From: Gemmatimonadota bacterium
GTDB lineage: Bacteria; Gemmatimonadota; Gemmatimonadetes; Palauibacterales; Palauibacteraceae
Direction: 5' to 3'
Assembly (NCBI GenBank): GCA_963666735.1
Contig: OY762926.1
Coordinates: forward strand, 576,001 to 640,000
Length of the DNA stretch: 64,000 bases
The notes below the pieces were generated by a model. The model saw only the letters and a list, made by a program, of their open reading frames with translations, searched no databases and was not told the DNA's origin. Position 1 is the stretch's first letter, and each line of letters begins with the position of its first letter. A program made the translations under genes and the position numbers. Positions 1 through 10,133 of the stretch are shown piece by piece.

Positions 1-352
1 AATTCATGGGCATGTGGAACTCACCCGGCCCCTGACCGGAGCGACCGAACTCTCGGACAAAAGCGCCGGTTGCGTCGAACACCAGGACGCGTAGTCCGGA
101 GAACATCCCCCCGGCGCCGTCGAACACGTACAGGTTGCCCTGTGCGTCGAACGCCACATGACTCACATGGCCGAGCATCTCCCAGGATTCCCCCTCAATC
201 GCGCCGATCCGATAGACCTCGTCAAAGTCGGGGTCGATCCGTTGATCCCGGCCCGTGACTTCGACGATCTCCTGAGCGAGGAGAGCAGGGTGCGCGGCAA
301 GGACGGCCACAAGAAGGGCCGAAGAGATAGGTAAGAACCTGCTGGCCTGCAT
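1..352 (-). CDS. Secreted 6-bladed beta-propeller (NHL-like) protein, truncated by the window edge
   Basis: Not in the ORF track. Manual translation from ATG 352 gives MQASRFLPISSALLVAVLAAHPALLAQEIVEV...VAFDAQGNLYVFD...RVLVFDATGAFVREFGRSGQGPGEFHMP. It has a signal peptide, the GxxGxGPGEF propeller motif and a GGAGAG SD upstream. Confidence 0.85.
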   Translation of the reverse strand, partial: MQASRFLPISSALLVAVLAAHPALLAQEIVEVTGRDQRIDPDFDEVYRIGAIEGESWEMLGHVSHVAFDAQGNLYVFDGAGGMFSGLRVLVFDATGAFVREFGRSGQGPGEFHMPMN

Positions 353-545
353 CGTGATTCTCTCCAGTGAGTCGGATGTGGGAGTTGCGGTGGACCACGT
401 CACGATACCGTCGATTGGACGCTCTGTCGCGGGATGAGGTTGCCCAACACAGTGTGCCCGAATCGCCACGACCGCCCAGCGTCCGGCTGCCGGTGACGGC
501 CGGGCTCGGAGCGTCGCCGGGAAGACTCTCCCTGACTGGTCGTCG

Positions 546-574
546 TTGACATGAGGGCCTCCCGGGGGCACTTT
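546..574 (+). promoter_or_regulatory. Putative sigma70 promoter of the infC operon
   Basis: TTGACA (546-551), 17-nt spacer, CACTTT (569-574). Confidence 0.5.
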
Positions 575-585
575 CCCCGACGTTG

Positions 586-726
586 AAAAAGCAGACAAGC
601 GGGGCCGCGATGCCCCCACCCTATCGGCGCACGGAATCGTGCTGCTGCCGGGTCGATGGCGCACTCCCCGCGAGGGACGTGCCTTCGCGCCCGGTCGGCA
701 ATCGCCGATGCGGGCTTTCTTATTTC
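586..726 (+). promoter_or_regulatory. Putative L20-leader-like structured 5' UTR / attenuator
   Basis: Lies upstream of infC-rpmI-rplT. Ends in a hairpin GCCCG(689-693)/CGGGC(711-715) with inner TCGGC/GCCGA, followed by TTTCTTATTT. Confidence 0.45.
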
Positions 727-738
727 TGATGAGGTGCA

Positions 739-1251
739 GTGAACGGAGATCCCAGAGTCAACGACAAGATCCGGATCAGCCCGATCCGGCTCATCGACGA
801 GGAGGGCAACCAGCTCGGCATCGTCGCGACGGACGAAGCTCGCGCCCTCGCGACCGAACGCGGGCTCGACCTCGTGGAGGTGGCGCCGGGCGCGCGACCG
901 CCCGTCTGCAGGCTCATGGATTTCGGAAAGTACAAGTACGCGCAGGCGAGGAAGGCGCGGGAGGCGAAGAAGAAACAGCACATCATTCACGTCAAGGAAG
1001 TGAAGCTGCGGCCGAAGATCGAGGCGCACGACATCGACTTCAAGATGCGGCACGCGCGCAGGTTCCTGAACGATGGCGACAAGGTGAAGTTCACGCTCAT
1101 GTTCCGGGGACGAGAGGTCACGCACCCGGAGCGGGGAAGGCGGATCCTTGAGATGGTGAAGGAAGAGTTGGAGGACCTCGCGGTGGTGGAGTCGGACATC
1201 TCCCATGAGGGTCGCACGATGACCATGCTGATGGGACCGCACCGCACGTAG
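739..1251 (+). CDS. infC: Translation initiation factor IF-3
   Basis: RVNDKIR..IRLID, LDLVEVAP..PPVCRLMDFGKYKY, KEVKLRPKI, GDKVKFTLMFRGRE. Confidence 0.98.
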   Translation: MNGDPRVNDKIRISPIRLIDEEGNQLGIVATDEARALATERGLDLVEVAPGARPPVCRLMDFGKYKYAQARKAREAKKKQHIIHVKEVKLRPKIEAHDIDFKMRHARRFLNDGDKVKFTLMFRGREVTHPERGRRILEMVKEELEDLAVVESDISHEGRTMTMLMGPHRT

Positions 1252-1317
1252 CAGACTCCAGAACGACGACTCCGTCACGGACGGCCGCGGACGGAGCTGA
1301 ACCGGAGCATACGCAAG

Positions 1318-1512
1318 ATGCCGAAAATGAAGACGAACCGGTCCGCCGCGAAGCGGTTTCGAAAGACCGGAAGCGGAAAATACCGGCGCCGACGTGCCTA
1401 CCACAGCCACATCCTGACGAAGAAGAGCCCCAAGCGTAAGCGTCGGCTCCGTCAGGGGACCCTTGTGGCGAAGGCGGACGAGAAGCGGGTGAAACGACTC
1501 CTGGGCGAATAG
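1318..1512 (+). CDS. rpmI: 50S ribosomal protein L35
   Basis: [21 protein letters not shown]...HILTKKS; synteny with infC and rplT. Confidence 0.98.
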   Translation: MPKMKTNRSAAKRFRKTGSGKYRRRRAYHSHILTKKSPKRKRRLRQGTLVAKADEKRVKRLLGE

Positions 1513-1574
1513 CCGCCCACTCCCCCACAGTACCCCCGGACAAGTCCCGGTATCAGGAATCAGGAGGTGCGGTC

Positions 1575-1931
1575 ATGCCGCGCGCGACGAGCAGCGTTGC
1601 ACGTAACCGTCGAAAGAAGAAGGTCCTCAAGGAAGCCCGCGGCCAATTCGGAGCCCGGTCGAAGCTCTATCGTACGGCGAAGAACTCCGTCGAGCGCGGC
1701 TGGGCCTATGCATACGTCGATCGGCGCAAGAAGAAGCGCGATTTTCGCCGACTGTGGATCGCCCGCATCAACGCTGCGGCGCGACAGAACGGAATGTCCT
1801 ATTCCCGCTTCGTCAGCGGGCTGAAGGGCGCCGGCGTCGACCTGAACCGCAAGGTGCTCGCGGACCTCGCCATTCGGGATCCGGCCGCCTTTACCAAGCT
1901 TGTCGAGGTGGCCAAAGCGCACGGCCCATGA
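1575..1931 (+). CDS. rplT: 50S ribosomal protein L20
   Basis: [41 protein letters not shown]. Confidence 0.98.
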   Translation: MPRATSSVARNRRKKKVLKEARGQFGARSKLYRTAKNSVERGWAYAYVDRRKKKRDFRRLWIARINAAARQNGMSYSRFVSGLKGAGVDLNRKVLADLAIRDPAAFTKLVEVAKAHGP

Positions 1932-2962
1932 CCCCGGCCGGAGCTTCTCTCCTCGATCGGCTCGCCGCGATCGAGGGGAAGGGGCTCGTCGCGATCCGGG
2001 AGGCGGCGGACTCCGCCGCGCTCGAGTGCGCCCGCGTCGAATACCTGGGCCGGAACGGCCAATTGGCCGATGTCATGTCCCTGATCGGCACCGTCGAGGC
2101 CCCGGCCCGACGCGACGTCGGACAGCGCGCCAACGCCGTGAAGACGGTGCTGCGCGGAGCCCTTGAAGAGCGCGCGAAGGCGCTGGAGAGCGCGACCCGC
2201 GGGCCGCGCGCCCGCATCGATCTGACCCTTCCCGCCCGCGCGCGCTGGGTCGGCGGCGTGCATCCCGTTACACGGGTCATCGACGAGATCTGCGAGATCT
2301 TCGCGGAACTCGGCTTCACGAGCGTGCTCGGCCCCGAGATCGAGTCCACGTGGTACAATTTCACCGCGCTCAACATCCCGCTCGATCACCCCGCCGCGGA
2401 TATGATGGACACGTTCTACCTGGAAAGGGATGTCGTGTTGCGGACGCACACGTCGCCGGTCCAGGCGCGCGTGATGGAGGCCTTCCGGCCGCCCGTCCGC
2501 GTCGTCGTGCCGGGGCTCGCGTACCGGCGTGATTCCTTCGATCCCTCGCACGCTCCCGCCTTCGAGCAGATCGAGGGCCTTGCGGTCGACGAAGGCGTGG
2601 ATTTCGTTGAATTCCGGGCCGCGATCGAACACTTCGTGCACCATTTCTTCGGTCCGGGGACGAAGAGCCGGTTTCGGCCGTCCTTCTATCCCTTCACCGA
2701 GCCTTCGGCGGAGGTGGACGTGTCGTGCACGGTGTGCGGCGGGGGCGGATGTTCCACCTGCAAGCGCACGGGATGGATCACGATCATGGGAAGCGGAATG
2801 GTGGATCCCGCCGTCTTCGAGGCCGTGGGGTACGACCCCGAGCGCTATACGGGCTATGCATTCGGGATGGGCCCGGCTCGCATCGCGATGGTGCGGCACG
2901 GCATCCCCGACATGCGGCTCCTCTACGAGGGGGAGATGAGCTTTCTGCAGCAGTTCGCATGA
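1928..2962 (+). CDS. pheS: Phenylalanine-tRNA ligase alpha subunit
   Basis: [54 protein letters not shown] 1928 overlaps the rplT stop. Confidence 0.97.
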   Translation: MTPAGASLLDRLAAIEGKGLVAIREAADSAALECARVEYLGRNGQLADVMSLIGTVEAPARRDVGQRANAVKTVLRGALEERAKALESATRGPRARIDLTLPARARWVGGVHPVTRVIDEICEIFAELGFTSVLGPEIESTWYNFTALNIPLDHPAADMMDTFYLERDVVLRTHTSPVQARVMEAFRPPVRVVVPGLAYRRDSFDPSHAPAFEQIEGLAVDEGVDFVEFRAAIEHFVHHFFGPGTKSRFRPSFYPFTEPSAEVDVSCTVCGGGGCSTCKRTGWITIMGSGMVDPAVFEAVGYDPERYTGYAFGMGPARIAMVRHGIPDMRLLYEGEMSFLQQFA

Positions 2963-5472
2963 ACATCTCGTTCAACTGGATCGACGAACTCGCCGGACTG
3001 CGCGGGGCGTTGCGCGACCCGCGGGTTCTGGCCGAGCGCCTGACCATGACCGCCGCCGCGGTGGAGAAGATCGAAACGGTGGGCGCGGGGCTGGACGGGA
3101 TCGTCGTGTCGCGCGTGCTCGAGACTCGTCCGCACCCGAACGCGGACCGCCTTACCCTGTGCAGGGTGGACCGGGGCACCGGCGAGGCGCTCGACGTCGT
3201 GTGCGGGGCTCCAGTCATTGCCACCGGGGGGTTCTATCCGCATGTGGCGCCGGGGGGCAAACTCCCCGCCGGCTTCCGCATCGAGAGCCGGAAGATTCGC
3301 GGCGAGCCGAGTCACGGCATGCTGTGCTCGGAGGCCGAACTCGAGCTGGGCCGCGACAAGGGGGGCATCATGCGCCTCGCCGACGGACTCGAGCCGGGAA
3401 CGCCGCTCGCGGCGGCGCTGGGCCTGCCCGACACGCGTCTCACGCTGGACCTGAACCCGAACCGGGTCGATCTCGCCTGCCATGTGGGGGTCGCGCGGGA
3501 AGTGGGGGGGGCTCCGGCGCCGCGCGACTTCGGAGGGCCGGGATGGTCGCCCGAGTGGCTCGACGGCGAGTCCGAAGCGGGCGGAGCCGGGGTCACCGTC
3601 CGCATCGAGGACCTCCACCGATGTCCGCGCTACATGGCCGCCGTCATCCGGGGGGTCAGGGTCGGACCGTCGCCGGCGTGGCTCGCGGGGCGGCTTCTCG
3701 CGGTGGGCGCACGTCCGATCAGCAACGTCGTCGACGCGACGAACTACGTCCTCCAGGAATACAACCAGCCTCTCCACGCCTTCGATCTCGCGCGGCTGTC
3801 CGGAGCGGAGATCCGCGTGCGCGCGGCCGTGGAGGGCGAACGGCTGACGACGCTCGATGGCCAGGAGCACAAGCTCACGCCGCACCAGACGGTGATCGCG
3901 GACCGCGATCGCGCGATCGCCTTCGCGGGTGTCATGGGAGGACTCGACACGGAGGTGGTCGGGGACACGGTCGATGTGCTCATCGAGTGCGCGTCGTTCA
4001 ACCCGGCCGGCGTGCGGCGGACCCGGGCCGGTGCGGGGCTCTCCACCGATGCGTCCTACCGCTTCGAGCGCGGGATCGATGTCCACGCCCAGGAGCGGGC
4101 GCTCGCGCGGTGCGTGGAACTCATCCTCGCCACAGCCGGCGGCGAGGCGGACCTCATCGGCCTCCGCGCGGGTCCGGCGCCGGCCCCGATGCCGTCGATA
4201 GACGTCCGCACAGGTCGCGTGGATCAGGTGCTCGGCTTCGGGCTCGACCGGTCGGAGGTCCTCGCGGCGCTCGAGCCGATCGGCTTCACGGCCCTTCCCG
4301 GCGTGAACGGTGGCGATACGGGTGACGATGGCCTACACGGGGCAACCGGCCAGCTGCGCGTCTGCGTGCCCGGATGGCGCACCGACGTCACCAGGGAGAT
4401 CGATCTCGTCGAGGAGGTCGCGCGCCGCGTCGGGTACGACGCCGGGGCAGGCCAGGACCGCAGGTTCCGGCCCAGCGCGGTGCCCGCGGATCCACGGGTC
4501 GAAAAGGCGGCCAGAGTGCGGAAGATGCTCACCGGACGCGGACTCCTCGAAGCTCGCAGCCTGAGCTTCATGCCGGAGGATTACCGGGGGAATCGCGCCG
4601 TCGTTTCGGTGCCGAACCCGCTCTCGGCGGAGGAAAGTTGCCTTCGCTCCGCCATGGTCCCCGTGCTGCTTCGGCGACTGGAACACAATTATGCGCGCGG
4701 CAACCGCAACGTCCGCCTGTTCGAACTCGGCACCGTGTTCGGGTACGCGGCCGGGCCGAGTCCGGGAGAGGCACCCGACGGGAAGGCGGACGGAACCGGC
4801 GGTTTCGAGGAGTCCGGACGAGTGGGGGCCGTCATCGCCGGGACCCGGCGTCCGGATCACTGGTCGGGGCCGGCGCTCGACTTCGACCTGTGGGATCTCA
4901 AGGAGATCGCCGGGTCGTTCGCGGATCATCTTTGCGGGGCGACGCTGGAGCCGCTCGAGGGCGCCGCGGCTGCGGATTCGCCGGAGAGCGGAGCGTCTCT
5001 CGCGGGGCCATGGCTCGCCCCCGGCGGGTTCCGCGCCGTGAAGGACGGTCGCGTGGTCGGCGTTGCGGGCGCCGTGGACGAGGCGTCTCTCGACGGTCCT
5101 CCGTGGGCCGCTCCCGCGTTCGGGCTCGAGTTCGACCTCGCCGCCGTCGAGGGGCGGACCGCGCCCGCCTATCGGAAGACGTCGCCGTTCCCGGCCGTGC
5201 GCCGGGATCTCTCGATGACGGTGCCGCGAGGCGTCCCCGCCGCGGACATCGAACGGGCGGTGCGGGAAGCGACGTCCGATCTCCTGCGCGACGTACGCCT
5301 CTTCGACGTTTACTCGGGCGATGAAATCGAAGGCGGCCGCCTCGGACTGGCATGGACGTTTCGCTTCCGCGCTCCCGACCGTACGCTGACGGATCGGGAC
5401 GTCGAGTCGGAGATGTCCGCGCTCTCTTCCGCCCTGGAGAAACGGTTCGGTGCCAGAATCCGGAAGTCCTGA
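2959..5472 (+). CDS. pheT: Phenylalanine-tRNA ligase beta subunit
   Basis: HPNADRL, GMLCSEAELEL, NVVDATNYV, TDASYRFERG, DLVEEVAR, C-terminal FDX-ACB (FPAVRRDLS..DRTLTD). Confidence 0.97.
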   Translation: MNISFNWIDELAGLRGALRDPRVLAERLTMTAAAVEKIETVGAGLDGIVVSRVLETRPHPNADRLTLCRVDRGTGEALDVVCGAPVIATGGFYPHVAPGGKLPAGFRIESRKIRGEPSHGMLCSEAELELGRDKGGIMRLADGLEPGTPLAAALGLPDTRLTLDLNPNRVDLACHVGVAREVGGAPAPRDFGGPGWSPEWLDGESEAGGAGVTVRIEDLHRCPRYMAAVIRGVRVGPSPAWLAGRLLAVGARPISNVVDATNYVLQEYNQPLHAFDLARLSGAEIRVRAAVEGERLTTLDGQEHKLTPHQTVIADRDRAIAFAGVMGGLDTEVVGDTVDVLIECASFNPAGVRRTRAGAGLSTDASYRFERGIDVHAQERALARCVELILATAGGEADLIGLRAGPAPAPMPSIDVRTGRVDQVLGFGLDRSEVLAALEPIGFTALPGVNGGDTGDDGLHGATGQLRVCVPGWRTDVTREIDLVEEVARRVGYDAGAGQDRRFRPSAVPADPRVEKAARVRKMLTGRGLLEARSLSFMPEDYRGNRAVVSVPNPLSAEESCLRSAMVPVLLRRLEHNYARGNRNVRLFELGTVFGYAAGPSPGEAPDGKADGTGGFEESGRVGAVIAGTRRPDHWSGPALDFDLWDLKEIAGSFADHLCGATLEPLEGAAAADSPESGASLAGPWLAPGGFRAVKDGRVVGVAGAVDEASLDGPPWAAPAFGLEFDLAAVEGRTAPAYRKTSPFPAVRRDLSMTVPRGVPAADIERAVREATSDLLRDVRLFDVYSGDEIEGGRLGLAWTFRFRAPDRTLTDRDVESEMSALSSALEKRFGARIRKS

Positions 5473-5710
5473 CCGGCAACGGGCGGTCGAACGACTGCTC
5501 GACCGCCTCTCCCGGGCGGCAAGCAGGATCGAGACCCGTTGGGAGAAACCCAGGGTCGCGGGCCGGAGCGGACCGGCGACTCCCGACATCGAGGAGCGGC
5601 TCGAGGCGGTGACGGCCGAGAACCGCCGCCTGCGCGAAACGCTGGCCGAGGCCAGGAAGAAGGCCGTGCGATTGCGAAGCCGACTCGCTCATGTGGAGGA
5701 TGAGGTATGA
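5450..5710 (+). CDS. Small coiled-coil protein (ZapB-like position); start uncertain
   Basis: Heptad-rich (IEERLEAVTAENRRLRETLAEAR); lies between pheT and zapA and overlaps the zapA start. Confidence 0.55.
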   Translation: MPESGSPDRQRAVERLLDRLSRAASRIETRWEKPRVAGRSGPATPDIEERLEAVTAENRRLRETLAEARKKAVRLRSRLAHVEDEV

Positions 5711-6012
5711 CTTCAACGGATGATTCGCCTCCGGTCGGCGTGACGATCTTCGGCGATCGATACCGGATCCGGACCGACCGGGGCGACGCGTACACGCGAG
5801 CTTGCGCGAAGTACGTGGACGACGCGGTTCAGCGTGCGCACATGACGGGCGTGGCCGAGCCCCATCGCGCCGCGATCCTCGCCGCGCTCGAGATCACCGA
5901 CGAACTCCTTCAGGCCCGCCGCGAGGTCGAGCAGCTCACGGCCGCCGTCGAGGCGCGAGTCACGGAAGTGACCGAACGGCTCGAGTCCATCGGGGGCAAC
6001 ACCGCGCGATAA
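5707..6012 (+). CDS. zapA: Cell division protein ZapA
   Basis: VTIFGDRYRI..AKYVD..AAILAALEITDEL; pheT-zapA-6S-rny synteny. Confidence 0.9.
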   Translation: MTSTDDSPPVGVTIFGDRYRIRTDRGDAYTRACAKYVDDAVQRAHMTGVAEPHRAAILAALEITDELLQARREVEQLTAAVEARVTEVTERLESIGGNTAR

Positions 6013-6220
6013 GGTCTCGCCGTCCGCTTGCGGCGTTCAGAATCCCGAGCAACGTTTCCGGGCGCAGGTTGGAGGGATGCAGGATGGAGGGATCAGGAGC
6101 AATCGGTGTTGTGCTGTCCGTAAGGTGGCTTCGCACGAGCGCGGCCCCAGCTTCAGATAGATGATCGAACGGCGCGCATCGTTCCGTTCGATCTGAGCGG
6201 CATGCACCGGTGGACGAGTC
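6013..6220 (+). ncRNA. ssrS: 6S RNA (predicted)
   Basis: About 200-nt non-coding gap directly after zapA, a known 6S location. The ends pair as CGTCCGC(6021-27)/GTGGACG(6210-16) and GTTCAGAATC/GATCTGAGC, consistent with a long rod. Confidence 0.7.
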
Positions 6221-6233
6221 CGCCGGTTTTTTT
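6206..6233 (+). terminator. Intrinsic terminator
   Basis: ACCGGTGGA-CGAG-TCCGCCGGT hairpin followed by a T run. Confidence 0.75.
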
Positions 6234-6266
6234 GTTCATAGATGGTTCGAGGATCGGAGTCTGGCC

Positions 6267-7838
6267 GTGCTGGAATCCATCACCGTGCCGACGATGCTGT
6301 TGGCGATCGCGGGTCTCGTGGCGGGGGGCCTTGCGGGGATTCTGATCGAGCGACGCGGTCTGCGCCGGGCGCGCAGCCGCCTCGAGATCGACGGACGGGA
6401 CATCGTCGAGTCCGCCCGGCTCGAGGCGGGCAGCCTCCGCAAGGCGGCGGAACTGGCGGGGCGCGAAGAGGCACAGCGTCTCCGGGAGGAATCGGCCAGA
6501 GAGGCGGAGCGCCGGCGCGCCGAGTTGGAGCGGCTGGAGCAGCGCACTCTCGAGCGGAGCGAGACGCTCGAGCAGAAGCTCGAAAAGATCGACCAGCGGC
6601 AGGAGCGGGTGGATCGTCGCCGCGAGCAGATCGAGGCGGAGCGCGGCCAACTCGACACGCGGGCGAAGGAACTCGTCGACCGCGAGCGGAAACTCGGAAA
6701 GCGCCTCGAGGAAATCGCGGGCATCAGCCGGGAAGCCGCGCGCCGCGAGCTGATCGGCCAGATTCGCGACCAGGCGCGGGCGGACGCCGCCCAGCACCTG
6801 CGGGAGGTGACCGAGCGTGCCCGAAACGAGGCCGAACGGGAAGCCCGCAAGATCATCTCCCAGGCGATCGAGAAGCTCTCCGTAGATCATTCCTCCGAAG
6901 CGGCCGTCTCGGTCGTCACCCTCCCCAGCGATGACATGAAGGGCCGAATCATCGGTCGCGAAGGCCGGAACATCCGATCCTTCGAGGCGGCCACCGGCGT
7001 CGACGTGGTCGTGGATGATACGCCCGAGGCCGTGATTCTCTCCTGCTTCGATCCCGTCCGGCGCGAAGTCGCCCGGCTGGCCATGGATCGCCTCGTCGGC
7101 GATGGCCGGATACACCCGGGCCGCATCGAGGAGGTCGTGGAGAAGGCACGGGAAGATGTTCAGGCCACGATGCGCCAGGCCGCCGACGAGGTTCTGTACG
7201 AACTCGGCATCCACGACCTGCACCCGAAACTCCGCGAAGTCCTCGGTGTCCTCCGCTTCCGGACCAGCTACGGGCAGAATCAGCTGCAGCACGCGCACGA
7301 AGTCGCGCTCATCGGAGCGACGATGGCGGCGGAGTTGTCGCTCGATACGCAGTTGGTGAAGCGGATGGGTCTGCTGCACGACATCGGCAAGGGACTCACG
7401 CACGAGAAAGAGGGGAGCCACGTCGAGATCGGTTACGATCTGTGCAAGAAATGTGGAGAGAAGGACGGCGTGCTGAACGCGATCCGCGCGCACCATGGCG
7501 AAGAACCCGCCCGTTATCCGGAAACCTTCCTCGTGACCGCGGCGGACGCGATCTCGGGCGCCCGTCCCGGGGCGCGGCGGGAGTCGTTTGAGCACTACGT
7601 GAAGCGACTGGAGAAATTGGAAGAGATCGCGAGTTCCTGGGATGGGGTCGAGAAGGTCTACGCCATCCAGGCAGGGCGGGAGATCCGGATCATGGTGACG
7701 CCCGACAAGATCTCGGACGAAGAGATGGCGCGGCTGTCGGAACGGACGGCCCGCCGCATCGAGAACGAGTTGCAGTATCCGGGCCAGATCAAGGTCGTCG
7801 TCGTGCGCGAGTCCCGAACCGTGGACTTCGCACGCTAA
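6267..7838 (+). CDS. rny: Ribonuclease Y
   Basis: N-terminal TM helix, coiled coil, KH (MKGRIIGREGRNIR), HD (LLHDIGK), ADAISGARPGARRE, YAIQAGREIR. GTG start chosen downstream of the terminator. Confidence 0.97.
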   Translation: MLESITVPTMLLAIAGLVAGGLAGILIERRGLRRARSRLEIDGRDIVESARLEAGSLRKAAELAGREEAQRLREESAREAERRRAELERLEQRTLERSETLEQKLEKIDQRQERVDRRREQIEAERGQLDTRAKELVDRERKLGKRLEEIAGISREAARRELIGQIRDQARADAAQHLREVTERARNEAEREARKIISQAIEKLSVDHSSEAAVSVVTLPSDDMKGRIIGREGRNIRSFEAATGVDVVVDDTPEAVILSCFDPVRREVARLAMDRLVGDGRIHPGRIEEVVEKAREDVQATMRQAADEVLYELGIHDLHPKLREVLGVLRFRTSYGQNQLQHAHEVALIGATMAAELSLDTQLVKRMGLLHDIGKGLTHEKEGSHVEIGYDLCKKCGEKDGVLNAIRAHHGEEPARYPETFLVTAADAISGARPGARRESFEHYVKRLEKLEEIASSWDGVEKVYAIQAGREIRIMVTPDKISDEEMARLSERTARRIENELQYPGQIKVVVVRESRTVDFAR

Positions 7839-7878
7839 CGACCACGCGTACCACCATGCGTACAACGGAGAGAAACGG

Positions 7879-8796
7879 ATGACGGCACAGCTCATCGATG
7901 GGAAGCGGATCGCGGCCGAGATCCGGGCCGAAGTGGCGGAACGGACGCGGCGCCTTGCGGAGCGGGGGATCCGGCCCGGCCTCGGCGTCGTCCTCGTCGG
8001 CGATGATCCCGCCTCGCACGTTTACGTGCGGATGAAGACGCGGGCCTGTGACGAGGCCGGAATCCATGCCCGCGACATCACGCCGCCCGCCGACATCGGC
8101 CGCGAGGAACTCCTCGGCATCGTCGATGAGCTGAACGCCGATCCGGCCATCCACGGGATTCTCGTACAGCTCCCCCTGCCTCGACACCTCGATGAGCGCG
8201 AGGTGACGGAGAGGATCGATCCGGCCAAGGATGTCGACGGATTCCATCCCGTGAACCAGGGCCGCATGTCCCAGGGGGACGCGAACGCGTTCCGGCCCGC
8301 CACGCCCGCCGGCGTGCAGGAACTCATCCGGAGGACGGGCGTCGAGACCTCCGGCGCGCACGTCGTCATCGTCGGCCGCTCGAACATCGTCGGCATGCCG
8401 ATGTCGCAGATCATGCTCCAGAAGGAACCCGGGGCGAACGCCACCGTGACCGTGGCCCACAGCCGGACGGCGGACCTCGGCGCCGTGACGCGCCAGGGCG
8501 AGATCCTCATCGTCGCCGTCGGCGTCCCCGGCATCGTCCGCGGCGACATGGTGCGGGAGGGGGCCGTGGTGATCGACGTGGGAGTGAACCGGGTCGAGGA
8601 TCCGACGACCGAGCGCGGCTACCGGCTCGTGGGCGATGTGGCGTTCGACGAGGCGGCGGAGCACGCAAGCTGGATCACTCCGGTTCCCGGCGGCGTGGGG
8701 CCCATGACGATCGCCATGCTGCTCCGGAACACGGTGACTTCGGCGGAGCGGACCGCAAGCCTCGTGGCGGCGGGGGCGGTGGCGGCGCCGGGTTGA
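7879..8796 (+). CDS. folD: Methylene-THF dehydrogenase/cyclohydrolase
   Basis: HGILVQLPLP, KDVDGFHPVN, GRSNIVG, ITPVPGGVGPMT. Confidence 0.97.
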   Translation: MTAQLIDGKRIAAEIRAEVAERTRRLAERGIRPGLGVVLVGDDPASHVYVRMKTRACDEAGIHARDITPPADIGREELLGIVDELNADPAIHGILVQLPLPRHLDEREVTERIDPAKDVDGFHPVNQGRMSQGDANAFRPATPAGVQELIRRTGVETSGAHVVIVGRSNIVGMPMSQIMLQKEPGANATVTVAHSRTADLGAVTRQGEILIVAVGVPGIVRGDMVREGAVVIDVGVNRVEDPTTERGYRLVGDVAFDEAAEHASWITPVPGGVGPMTIAMLLRNTVTSAERTASLVAAGAVAAPG

Positions 8797-10133
8797 ACGT
8801 GACGCGTCAGGCCTCGCTGTTCGGCGCCGCGGAGGTCCGCGATGGCCGCTCCCCGGAGGGCGCGATCACCGTGTCCGACCTGAACGCAGCGGCGCGCGGC
8901 ACGCTGGAGAAGCGGTTCGGCGACCTGTGGGTCCGCGGCGAAGTGACGAACTGGATCCGTTCCTCCGCCGGGCACCGCTATTTTTCGCTTCGGGACCAGG
9001 AGCGGGACGCCAGCGTCGCGTGTGTGTTCTTCCGGGGAGATGCATGGCGCCTGCCGGCGGATCCGGAGGACGGCATGGAAGTCTTCGTCCATGGCCGTCC
9101 GACCCTCTACGCCCGGCAGGGACGGTTCCAGTTGCGCGTGCGCGCCATTGAAGCGGCGGGCGAGGGGCTGTGGAGGATCGCCTTCGAGCGGCTCCGCCGG
9201 GAGCTGGCGGCGGAGGGCATGCTGGACCCGGAGCGCAAGCGCGCGTTGCCCGCGTTCCCGCGCCGCGTGGGCGTCGTCACATCGCGCAAGGGCGCGGCCC
9301 TTCAAGACATCATCACGGTGCTCAAGCGGCGGGCCCCCTGGGTCGAGATCGTGGTTAGCCACTGCCGCGTGCAGGGCGAAGGCGCGGCCGGCGAAGTGCG
9401 GGCGGCCCTTCAGCGCCTCGCGGATTGGGGCGCGGGCAGTCCGGACCGGAAACTCGACGCGATCATCCTCAGCCGGGGCGGCGGGTCGATGGAGGATCTG
9501 TGGTGCTTCAACGAGGAGATGGCGGTTCGAGCGGTGACGTCGAGCCCGGTCCCCGTGATCTGCGCCATCGGGCATGAAGTCGACGTGACGCTGTGCGAGT
9601 TGGTGGCCGACGTTCGGGCGCCGACGCCGTCCGCGGCGGCGGAACTCGCCGTGCCGGATGTCCGCAGCGTCCGCGCCTCGCTCGACACGGCGGGAAGAGG
9701 TCTGGCTCGCGGGTTGCGCCGGCTCATCACGCGCGGGAGCGATCGCGTGGAAGCGGTGGCGCAACGCCTGCCCGTCTCCGCGGGACACGCGCGCGATGTC
9801 GCGAAGCTGCGCCTCGCCACCATGGCGGCCCGCCTCCCGGCGGGAATGGAGCGCGTTCTTGCCCGCTCGCGTACACGGCTCGCCGGACTGGCCGCCGCGC
9901 TCGACGCGCTGAGCCCGCTCGAGACGGTGGCTCGCGGCTACGCCGTCGCGACCGACCTCGAAGGACGCCGGCTCACGCGGATCGACGACTTCACGCCGAG
10001 ACAGCGCTTCCGCCTGCGGGTCGGGGGAGGGCAGGTCGCGGCGACGGCGGACGCCGTGGAACGTGACGCGGTGGAACCCGCCGCCGTGCAGCCGGATGCA
10101 GGGCAACCGGACGCAGTGGAGCCGGGCCCGTGA
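8793..10133 (+). CDS. xseA: Exodeoxyribonuclease VII large subunit
   Basis: WVRGEVTN..GHRYFSL, GAALQDI, RGGGSMEDLWCFNEE, IGHEVD..DVRAPTPSAAAE, LSPLETVARGYA. Confidence 0.96.
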   Translation: MNVTRQASLFGAAEVRDGRSPEGAITVSDLNAAARGTLEKRFGDLWVRGEVTNWIRSSAGHRYFSLRDQERDASVACVFFRGDAWRLPADPEDGMEVFVHGRPTLYARQGRFQLRVRAIEAAGEGLWRIAFERLRRELAAEGMLDPERKRALPAFPRRVGVVTSRKGAALQDIITVLKRRAPWVEIVVSHCRVQGEGAAGEVRAALQRLADWGAGSPDRKLDAIILSRGGGSMEDLWCFNEEMAVRAVTSSPVPVICAIGHEVDVTLCELVADVRAPTPSAAAELAVPDVRSVRASLDTAGRGLARGLRRLITRGSDRVEAVAQRLPVSAGHARDVAKLRLATMAARLPAGMERVLARSRTRLAGLAAALDALSPLETVARGYAVATDLEGRRLTRIDDFTPRQRFRLRVGGGQVAATADAVERDAVEPAAVQPDAGQPDAVEPGP

